This document shows positions 1-11,654 of a stretch of 64,000 bases of DNA, piece after piece. Both the position numbers and the translations under genes were made by a program. The notes below the pieces were generated by a model. That model had not been told where the DNA came from and did no database searches. It worked only from the letters and a program-made list of their open reading frames with translations. The stretch is from NCBI RefSeq assembly GCF_000150275.1, contig NW_002060943.1:7882066-7946065 (forward strand), written 5' to 3'. The stretch comes from Trichoplax adhaerens (taxonomy: Eukaryota > Animalia > Placozoa). Each line of letters opens with the position of its first letter. Within the stretch, counting starts at the first letter, position 1.

Positions 1-3000
1 ATTAAGAGCTTAACTTTTGCTTTTACGTGGTATTTATCCGTTCGGGCAGGAGTACAAATTAGGTCGATGGCTTTGGCTTTAATATATAACAAGCTACTAA
101 AGTTAAAGTATACTAGCAAGAGTTCAATAGGCGAAGTAGGAAATAAATTTCTGTGCACGTAGTCATAGCCGGATTTATATCAGTACATTATAATTAACCG
201 TTTTGCTCCCCTTCTCTTATGTTAACCACCTTTTTATAACTACTTAGCTCACTAACCTTTATGCCAACGATGCACAAAGAATGTTTGAAGCCGTTTTATA
301 TTTTGCTTTTATATCAGGTAGGGAGATAAACCTAATATTGCTGCCAATAAACTACCATTAGCATAATTGGATAAATTGAATCGTCTCATTTACGGATAAT
401 AAATGTAAAGAAATATGATAATATTTCTTGATTTAATAGGTGCACCAATTATACCACTATGCGCACTAATTTATTTAACAAGCATTGTCGGCCCAGCTGC
501 TATTGTTGGCTGTGTAACCTTTGTGTTATTCTATCCAATTCTGGTAATGTTTAGCTACTGTTGACCGATAAAACAATTTCCTATATTATCTATTGTATTT
601 AGAAGCTATCGTTACAGTCTTTAAGTATTAGCTATGATGTAACTATTATTTTATATTTATTTTATTAGATTGGAGTAGCTCGGTATATAAGTAAACTAAG
701 GCGATCTACAATCGGTGTAACGGATAAAAGGGTATCAGCAATCTGTTCAGATTTTAATGTCATAAATATCCATTTATAGTACTGTGCATGTAAATCAAAG
801 AAAGAGAGAAAGCAGACTTAACCTGTTATTTAAAAAATTTTTAAACATAAAATATTTCAGTATCGGTACCTCCTAACTTGACTTTAAAACTAATATTTAC
901 ATCAGATTCGGTTAATGAACGAGATTTTGACCAATATCAAACTAATCAAGATGAATGTCTGGGAATCTCTATTAATCCAAAGGGTAAAAGGTATATGCAT
1001 AAGTAAATACTTTTAAGCATGCTCCTAGCAATGTTTTTAACATACTTAATGTTATCAGTAATACAATGCGGAATTAGTCCAAAACCTTTTCTGAACAAAC
1101 TTTATGCTTTAATCCTAGAAATTTAAGTTCGGTTAAGAATTTAAAAATGTGTTTTAAATGATTATTTTCTAATATCATGTAGAAGTTAGACAAACAGAAA
1201 CTGAGAGACTGTCCAAAGCGGCACTAACTCAAAGTCTGAGTATATCAGCAATGCCAATAGTACCGGTCATCGCTAGTATTATCACTATTATAACTGCTTT
1301 TGGTCTTGGAACAGGCTTAAAATCATCGCAGGTATGACATAGCATACCGCTATGAATTGGAAATTACCTCTACTATATATATATACATCTTCTACTTTCA
1401 ATTAATATCTGCAATCTATTGTTCGTTTAAAATCAAAGTCATTAGATAGGATTATAATAAACTACACATAAGTTATAATATTATCTCTTTCATATTGCAT
1501 ACTGTACTTAAATTAACAATTTTTCCTGACTAATGCTTTTATATAAAATACTGTAATATTGGGTTCTTATTTTAAATAATTTAAATAGGCATTTGCAGTA
1601 GTCTCTATGTTTAACGCAATGCGATTTACAATGACGACTCTACCGACTGGAATGAAAGCGGTTGCTGAAGCAAATATTGCACTAGGTCGAATCAAGGTTA
1701 TAACTAGCGATGCTTGTTTGATTTCTGTTTAGAGGCAAAGACAAGATTAGAATAATCATCTTGTGTTGACTTAAAATATTGTTAGAATCTACTAGTATTG
1801 AACGAGTACGAGAAATGCATAGAAAGATCAGGTGATGATGACACTGCAATACATATTACAGATGGAACATTTGCATGGACTAAGGTAATATTAGGCTTTC
1901 CTTTTGGTCTGATATGGTTTTGGTTCATTAATGGAATAAATCATTAGTTTAATTATGACACTATTTGAACTTATTGGTCCATACATATATTAATAGACAG
2001 AATCTGATAAAAAAGGCAGGCGACGATCTTCAGTCTGGGGAAGACCTGTAACAGGTAACCTTCTCGCGTTGAACTTTTCCGAAAGAATTTTAATTAATTT
2101 TAAACAAATTGTGACAAAATCTTGTATTACGTCTTTACAGTGCATGATGCAAAAAGACTACCAGTCCTATTCGATATTAATTTAGCAATCAAAAAGGTTA
2201 GAACAAGGTCTCAATATTGTGATTATACTAACTATTGTAATTTGCAAATAATAAATATATAATTTATCACTAAAAATTGTTATCGATCTAATGATAAATT
2301 TGATTCTATAGAATATAATTACCGGTATATGTGGCCATACAGGATCAGGAAAATCTTCCTTGATTGCAGCAATCTTAGGAGAGGTTAAATTCAGAAATTT
2401 AAATGGCTATATAGTATATGAAATCTAGATTAATTCGTACATCATTTTTGTAGATGCATGTTTGCTCTGGTGAATCTCATGTTACAGGCACAATTGGTTA
2501 CGTTCCGCAACAGGTTCCATTAATTTTAATATATGCATAACTTTAGCACACTATATAAATGTAATTGTTATAGATTTGAGATAACATCTATCGAGGTGAA
2601 ATATCATCGATAGTAAATCTTATAGTGGCAATTGCTTATATACATTTTACAGCCTTGGGTAATGAACGCCACAATAAAGGATAATATACTCTTTGGAGTA
2701 CCTTTAGACGAGCAAAGGTATAGTATTAATCATCTAAAATTTATATTGTGGTATTTTGTATTTGTTTTTTAATTTAATTAGATAGAAGAAATGGTACATT
2801 ATAGCTTACAGAATAGAATCTAAACATTGACTGTGATATCGCCGGTAAAATAAATCGCTAGCATTTACAGTATTAAATTTTGGGGATTTATTACGCTAGG
2901 TATGATCAAGTTCTATCTGATTGTTCCCTAGTCGACGATTTGCGCCTTTTACCTGAAGGAGATGAAACAATAGTAAGTTGGACGCCTTTTATTTAGTTTA

Positions 3001-6000
3001 GTTTTATATATTCATTAATCTCGATTGATGATAAGTTGAGAATTCGACATCTATGAAAGTTAGGAGATCGTGGTGTCAATCTAAGTGGCGGACAAAGGCA
3101 AAGAATTAGTTTAGCTAGGGCACTCTATGCTGATAAAGATATTTATTTGCTAGATGATCCACTGAGTGGTGTAGACTTAGATGTAGGCAATCATATTTTT
3201 GCAAGTTGCATTCAGCGATCGATGGCTGGCAAAACCGTCGTCTTAGTATCACACCAAATGCAGGTATTGAAGAATTCATTCTTATAATCAATTAATTGTA
3301 ATAACCAATTTAATATTTAGATTCAATAATTGTATTTATTATACATGAACTGTCCATAGAGGTAAAGTACAATCATCCAAAATCTAGAATAAGACCTATA
3401 CGTGTATAAAATGATGGACAAAAATACTGCCATCATCAGGATTTTTTTATACCAGGATATAGCTAGTTTGAGAGAATTTAAAAAATTATTTTTATTGCCA
3501 GTACATAAAGCAATGCGATCATATCTTAGTAATGGAAAATGGAATGATAGTTGAACAAGGAAAGGATTCCAATTTATTGGAAAAGCGAGGAGTAAGTTAC
3601 TTGCGATTAGCCGTTTGCCTCATGTTAATCATTAAGATCGATCTTTAACTACTTACAGGCTTACTACGACATGTTAACGCTGTTTGGGACTGATATAGAT
3701 AAAATAGAGAGGACTGATGAAGTAATTGCTACCAAAAAGCCAAGCTATCTAGAAACTGAAAGATTATCATTTAATACAGGACAGACTTTGCGAGCTAATC
3801 AAAAGAGAGGTAAAACATAGAGATACGATGAATCAATAAATTCGTTTGGTTATTAAGCAAAAATTTTATAATCGTTTACCGGTAAAATTAAGAAAGATAC
3901 CTAATTACTTTTGCTACACTTTTAGGACGGACTTTTACTGTCGAATCGAGGTTAAAAGGTCATGTTAGTGCGGCCAGCTATAGAATGTATATTAAGTGCG
4001 CTGGAGGTAATGTATGATGTATATATATATATTAGAATAATCTCATAAATTTACTGCAATCAACACATGCTAATATAAAACCTGTGTTTGTCCTGAGCAT
4101 AAATGTACTTTTAGATATTATTGGTATAATAACTTATTCTATTTCTATTGCTTACTTCAGGTTATTTTAAAAGCTTTATCGTCATTATGATGTTTGCCCT
4201 ATCAATAGGAGCCAAAGTATTTAACGATTATTGGCTTTCTGAGTGGATTCGATCTGGATTTACAGTATGCATAACCTTTTTCAATAAAATGATTTAGCAA
4301 TTGATGACAGTCATAACTGTTATGTCTTATATTTCATGAATAATTTCTATAATGTATAGGTGAATAATACCCTGCAAGAATCAGATAATGAGTTTTCCAA
4401 TGGTACATCCACAATTACCTTTCAGCAACCTCTTATGTATCTCCTTGTTTACTGCAGCGCTGCGGTCTTTATGATTATTCTACTCTGTTTCAAAGGATTG
4501 ACATTTACAAAAGTAACGCACACTTAAAGTATTTACACTAGGATCGAATGCATTAAGTGACAATTTAGTCAATTTTCGATTGTATCTTACTAATAGGCTA
4601 CACTACGGGCTTCGACAAGGATTCATAATCAAGTTCTAGAAGCGGTAAATAAGACTTATAGTACTCGTACGTCATAACAATTGCCAGTTCGGTCTAGAAT
4701 ATTTATTAACAATAAGCGTCTACTTTTTCTTGGCTAATACCCCGATATCGAAATAAAATATTCATTTATTTTTGATGTATAAACTCTTATGCATCTTTGA
4801 TATCTGTAGATTATGCAATCTTCAATGACATTTTTCACAAGTACACCTGGTGGTCGAATCCTGAATAGATTTTCTAGAGATATGGACGATGGTATGATAT
4901 AACTTCTGTAAAGAAGCCTAAGACATAACGGAATTTGTTATACTATGTTTAAAACTTTCTATATCTGGATAATGCTGTCATTCTTTCACTAGTGTTCAAT
5001 ATTATTCGATAGGTTATTTTTATATATATATTATTTATTCACTTACAGTTGACATTCGCTTACCAATGTTCACTGAATTGATACTGCAAAATATATTCCT
5101 GATCATCTTCTCCCTTGGCGTCATTATTTCTATCTTTCCATGGTTTCTCTTGGCATTAATACCACTCGTAGTTATATTCATCATTATTAATGTGATTTTT
5201 AAAGGCAGCCTACGAGAGGTAAAACGATTGGATAATAGAAGCCGGTCACCAGTCATTTCTCACCTCTCAGCAACTATAGCGGGTAAACATAGAATATTAT
5301 TAATTTTACTATCGTAAAATAATTAGTGAATATATATCCATACTGATTTAAAGATGGCCCTTTTAATATATCAAGGTATAACGACTATTCACGCTTTCGA
5401 TAAGACAGAAAACTTCTTAGACAGGTAAAAAGAATACAGTTAAGGTTTAGCTTATGAAATCGTCATTATTAATTTCAGTTAAGATTTTAGCCACACTAAT
5501 CATATTCAACTTTTTGCTTTGCTTTAATTGAAGATTTCGTAAATTAGTCGATAAAAATTCGACAACTTTTGTGACTTTTCATTGCTTACATCGATGGTTA
5601 GCCGTCAGATTAGACTTTGTGGTTACAACTTTCGTCACCATTACGGCTATTTTCGTTGTAGCTCAGCCAAATGATGCTACGCGTGCTGGATTAGCATTAT
5701 CGTATGCCTTTCAAGTAAGTAAAATGAGACAGTATTTGCACTGAGACATTAATCGCTCAATAAAGTAATAATTTCACTGTAATATTATTCGTTTATAATC
5801 TGTCCTAGTTTTATCATAGGAATTTAAGAATGGAAAAAAGCATGACTATCATTTTAATAAATAAAGCAAACAGTTCAATATAGTGATTTAAGTGTAGAAT
5901 TGTAAAGTGTTTTAGAGTTAATATACTATACTTTGTAAAAATGACATGGGCTCGTAAATTGTTTCCGATAGCCAAAAGTAAAGTTTAGCCTGTATGGCAT

Positions 6001-8229
6001 GGTTATTATGAATTGCGATGTAATTCCTAATAAATGTTAAATTAAAATTAAAATTAGCTAGTAGCACAAAATAATTAGATCATATAAATTTCAGGTAGCA
6101 AGCTTGGCGCAACTAAAGTTTTTAATGCAATTCCTGCTAATTTTTATGTACCCTTTTGCACTTTCAGTTGACCGGAATGTTTCAATATACTGTTCGCAAT
6201 GCAGCAGAAGCAGAAGCTAGATTTACTTCGGTTGAGCGCCTTCGCGATTATGTTGTGGTAAAAATGTATTTTCAATGTAAAACAGCTAATCGATATTATT
6301 ATGCTTGAATAATGCCATTTTATTATAACATTGCATTTTTTAAATCTAAATCCCGTATGCATAACTGAAAAGATTAAATTCATTATTGACTAAAACCGTT
6401 TTCTCCGGTAGAATACTGAAAACGAAGGAAAACGACATACGAAATTAATTCAACTTCCAAAGAAATGGCCATTTGAGGGCCAGGTTACATTTCATCAGGT
6501 TCAGGTAAGTTATGCGGTAATAAAATAAATTAAAGTTTAACTCTGTATTCTTTAATCAATAGTAACTACTGTGAAATAAAGATTAATGATTTTGATATTG
6601 ATAATAAAATTACATTATTTACATGATTCTAAAGATGCGATATCATCCGGATTTGCCGCTAGTTCTTCACGATATGGATTTCCATATCCGAGCGGGCGAG
6701 AAAGTAGGCATCATTGGTCGCACAGGAAGTGGTAAGACTAAAATCATAGAAAGATATTCTATGTTCGCATAAGCAATATATCGTTACAGCAAAAAGCTAT
6801 CCAGAATTTATGTTATTATTATCAGATTTTTTCCAATGTATTGTGGTACCTTGACTTATAGGCAAATCATCGATTGGCGCTTGTATGTACCGACTAGTCG
6901 AAGTAGAAAGTGGAAAAATTATCGTAGACGGCGTCAATATTTCTATGTTAGGTATTGAAAGACGACCGTACTGCCTTTCTCTCTATTATTTTATTGTAAA
7001 ATCTTGACCATGGTAGATTTATTCATTAGGTTTAGATGACCTTCGCTCAAACTTGTGTATTATACCTCAAGATCCACTTTTATTTTCTGGCACACTAAGG
7101 TAATTTAAATGACAATGATAATTTAGAAATCTCTTAGGATCGCGAGTTCCTAATTTTATAATAAAAAATAATGTTGATTATTTACTACTTCCGCTCGTTT
7201 ATGCTTAGAAAGAACCTCGATCCTTTCGATGAACATAGCGATGAAGAAGTTTGGGATGTTTTAGAAAAAGTGAATTTAAAAACCAAAGTATGAAACTGTT
7301 TTCTTTCTGTATTTCATCAGACGAGATGAGTATACGGACTGTACCTTTATCGGTCTGTTAAATATATCTACAAATTGGATCCTGATAATACAGATCACAG
7401 TGAGATTTAGCGAGTGTCGATTAATATATAGCTTAATTACATAATTAATTTACCATTATTTGATGTCGGAAGTAGGACTGAAATAAAAATCTGGGGTAGT
7501 TTTAATTCAAATTTATCTGTTTCTTACTATTATTTTATTGTCAAAACATTTTTAGTTTGAGAGGTTAACACATCGATTGTATACTGCAATTAAAGAAAAT
7601 GGTAATAACTTTTCAGTTGGAGAAAGACAGCTGCTGTGCTTAGCGAGGACGCTGCTTAGACGCGGCAAGGTACTGGACCATTACCTCTATATTCTAAAAT
7701 GTCTAATAGTATAGCTATATCTGCAATGTTAATCTGATGGTAAATTATGTTCTCTTATTGGAAGATTGTAATTCTGGATGAAGCTACGGCTTCTATGGAT
7801 AGTGAAACTGATAAATTAATCCAAGATACGATAAAGAACGAATTTCTTGATAGTACTTTGTTAATTGTTGCTCATCGATTGCAAACAGTTATGGCATGCG
7901 ATCGTATTTTAATCGTTCACGAAGGGAGGGTGTGTATATTACATTGATTAAAGTATAAATTATTAAACATAAATAAATCAATAGCAATATGAGTATTGTA
8001 TATAGAAAATTCATTGCATTAATTGTCAATTGATTAAACTATATTTTTCTTAACATTTCCGATTATCAAGGCGGTTGAATTTGATGAGCCACAAAAGCTA
8101 ATAGAAAATTCACAATTAAAATTGAATGAAATAATCGATAACCAAGAGACAGCCCCGATATTAAATGGCAATTTAGCAATGCAAACGATCCCGGTTCCTA
8201 ACCATAATGCTAATCATCCTGAAGCTTGA
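1..8229 (+). CDS. ABCC5: ABC transporter subfamily C (MRP5/ABCC5-like), 5'-truncated by window, about 34 exons
   Basis: Spliced translation gives TMD1 (…SIGE|[15 protein letters not shown]…), NBD1 Walker [10 protein letters not shown] (~2333-2360), signature [15 protein letters not shown] and Walker [13 protein letters not shown] (3060-3262). TMD2 includes [27 protein letters not shown] and [24 protein letters not shown]2 has [23 protein letters not shown] and [12 protein letters not shown]. Stop TGA at 8227-8229. NDAQRMFEA and EARFTSVER resemble the ABCC5/11/12 clade (recalled, not searched). Confidence 0.92.
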
Positions 8230-9638
8230 ATAAGGATAATTTTTATATGTGAAAATAAGTCATTTATTGGAAATTTCTGAAAGGAAATCGATAATAGGTG
8301 TTAAAAAGAATTACTGTATCATACTCTCTGATGCGAAATAGAACATATTGTATTAATACATGGATATGTCCTAATATTATTGTAGTAAGGAAATATAACT
8401 GTACGTGTGATTATGTTATTTATTAATGCGTGTGCTGCAGTAATAAGTATGACATCGAAGTTGAGAACGAACATACAGTAGCTGCGGCACTTTATAGTAT
8501 CTTCTATCTGTCTTATTGTCGTAAAAGAGCATTCATTTATCTATAAGAATTCGCAAAACAATGCTACAGTGTTCTATACATGTATATTGTGGTCTCAGAA
8601 CTTCTTTAATCATCGTATAATATTAATTATTTATAAACTAACTGAATTGCATATTTATTTCATATGGGAACTTAGAGTCATTTCCTGTTTCGTAGATCAT
8701 GAAAATATAGACTTTTAATTACTATAAGATTAGTTCAATCGTAAACGACGTAAAAATATTATTGTGTTCAATCTTCTGCATTCGTACTTGCAAATGATCA
8801 TATCCTTTTGATGTATACCAATAAATTTTCTCAAAAATTTCTAAGTAGAGGTTTGGTAATATAATTGATTACTTATTAGTACTTTTCAAATTCTGAATTG
8901 AGCTTGCTTCTACTAAGAAATTACTAATTTTTTCTCAATCAAAAATAATTGGTATATATTGTGGGTTTTGATGAAACATCTATTTGGGAAGTTCAGTAGC
9001 TTTTTCTGGTTTCAGAATTCTATTCTAAGCAATGATAGACTATAGTTCATTTTTGAGGGCCGCGAAGTTAGCAAGCTGACTAAAAAGATTACATCATACG
9101 GTATAATGCCTAAAGTACACAATTGTAACAAGTTTTTAAGATCTTATTTATGGTAAAGTATAGATTATATGTAATGTACAATTGTACATATGATGCCTGT
9201 AGCAGTCTGTTGAGTATTTTCGATGCAGTAGGAATGAATTTCAATTATTTTACTTTGTGTAAATTGTTCCTACCAGCCAGTGGCATGTTTGCCAAAAAAA
9301 GATTTTGTTATGGGATGAAAAAATGTAGTTGATATAGCTCATTGCTGAAATCGGTATTTCTGATTCTACGTCTTCTTGTAGGTTTTAACACTATTAGATA
9401 TAAGGAAAACACATTTTTGTAAATATTAAGTATTATTATTTATATACATGGACGTAAGCTGCTTTAAATATTTAAATCAATCCACATCATAGTTTACGAA
9501 ATAGGACGGAAAGTGAATTGACACTGGTATTCATTTTAGTTAGAAAAATATAGTAAAGATATTTTACTATGTTAATTAATAGCAATATAGTTCTGTATAC
9601 GTTTGGTGTACGTATATATTGTGGTCAAAACTCGAATT

Positions 9639-9660
9639 TAGTCAATCCTAGGATTGACTA
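9639..9660. repeat. Perfect 22-bp palindrome
   Basis: TAGTCAATCCT|AGGATTGACTA is an exact inverted repeat with no spacer. A degenerate half-copy (CCTAGAATTGACC) follows at ~9667-9679. Confidence 0.9.
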
Positions 9661-10149
9661 GAAAGGCCTAGAATTGACCAAATATCAATATTGTCTTCGA
9701 AAATATTGGAGTCTGAGCTGCGTATGACAGTGATAATTCAATTTTCCTGCCTATAATAAAAGATCACTTTTTCCCTTAAGTAGCAGAAAAATAACTTAAA
9801 CTAGTGGAGTGTAGACCATAAAATATTCATGAAATTTAATAATTACAATCCTTCTGTATGTTCACATTTCTGCACCAGTTAGATGTCTTCTTTCAATACC
9901 AATATTCACTTTTAAATCAATACAAATTATTAAAAAATCTGAATCTTCGAACTGGATTTAGATCAATTTGCTTTCTATAAATAATATACGAGTCAAAGGA
10001 AGAGAAGTTGCACAAAATACCGTAATTTTAATATACAAGAAGTGTGTTATCCATGCAGTTCCTAACATGGGATCTTAATGTAATCATTTTCTACTGGTGA
10101 TCCCTGACTGTAGAGTTTTAATGGATTGAATGGTTAATAATATTCTGGT

Positions 10150-10990
10150 AATTCAGTATTCTAGCATATTTTTTGCCAACATTCGCCTCTGTGCTAAAAA
10201 AAGTATCAATACATTGCATATTTTCTTCAGCATAGTACCAAATTAAAGATTATAGAGATTTTATTGTCCTGATCTCTTATAATTTAGCACTACAGCATCT
10301 TCGTTGACCAAAGTTCGTATTTGTACTAATGAAAAGTATCGATAGATCCTATTATTTCTTCGACATTAAAGCGTATAAAAGACTTCAAAAATTGATTACC
10401 GTCATAGAAACTTTATTGCATTAATCTCTTATAATTTAGCACTACAGCATCTTCTTTGCCCAAAGTTCTTCTGCATGCTAAGAAAAGTATGGATACATTT
10501 TTGTGTAATTTCTTTGACTTGAATCATAAAAGAGATTTAAGAAATTTTTATTACTGTCATAGAGATTCTATTGCTTTAATCTCTTATAATTTAGCACTAC
10601 AGAATCTTCGTTGTCCGAAATTCTTCTCTATGCTACAGAAAAGTCTCGATATATTGCATAAGTTCTTCAACTACAGTATGTACTATAATTAAAGATTTTA
10701 GAGATTTTATTACTCTTATTGAGATCTTATCGCGGTAATTTCTTATAATTTCATACTACAACATCTTCATTGCCCAAAGTTCATCTGTGTGCTAAAGAAA
10801 AGTATCGATAGATCGTATGATGTCTTCGAGTTTGTATCATATAGAAAACTTTCGAAATTGATCAGTATCATAGAGATTTCATTGCTTTAATCTCTTCTAA
10901 TTGTAATTTAGCAATGCAGCACTTTTTTGCCCAAAGTTCGTCTCTGAAAGATTTCAGAAATTCATTACCGTCAGAGAGTTTATTGCATTA
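10150..10990. repeat. Diverged tandem repeat, unit 152-159 bp, about 5.5 copies
   Basis: The motif ATCTCTTATAATTTAGCACTACAGCATCTTC…CCAAAGTTC…GAAAAGTATCGATA recurs at 10272, 10424, 10579, 10738 and 10890. Confidence 0.9.
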
Positions 10991-11654
10991 TATTAGTCTA
11001 CTTATTTACGATAAAAGCCATTGCATTATCCTAAATCAGGGGAAAAAATTTTTAAAACATCCTGTCGAGGCTTATTGACGACTGACTAGTATTATATTAC
11101 GACATTGTAATGTCGTGCATTGCCGTCATCCTTTTCAGTGGGCTGACGAGCAAATTGAATGACTGAATGTGGTCAGTTACTACAGCAATTCAACCCAACT
11201 TCTGTATTGCATGTTATCTACATGTTGATGGACCAATTAAAACCCATCGATCGTGCACTTTCAAGCGCCTATGAGGGTGACAGGCCAACATGACATGACA
11301 ATCATCCCTTTGAACGATTGAATGCCTTAACTGCTTATTTCAGCTAGCGTGCCTCACTAGTTTATCCTGGCATTTTCAACACGGAACGCTGGTTAAGAGT
11401 AGGGAAAAATCCTTCATTTAAAAGCCTATCGATTAAATTTCAAGTACTTATCCATATAACAGCGGTAAATTAATTATTATTTGCCCTATTATAACTACTT
11501 TGTCGACTAAATATGTACACTTTAAGTAGGAAGTAATGATAAAGATTATTTTCGTTCATATTCTATCAATGAATAGCTGATTTTTTCAAAGGATGATTTC
11601 ACATCCATTTCAGTGTCTTTAAAAATTTGTGATTTCTTTGATATTGAATAGAGA

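Noticed and set aside
10456-10692. 78-aa ORF in the 155-bp repeat, and the 81-aa ORF at 54924-55169 running into array B
   Set aside because: Both have non-ATG starts, the repeat periods are not multiples of 3, and other copies contain stops.
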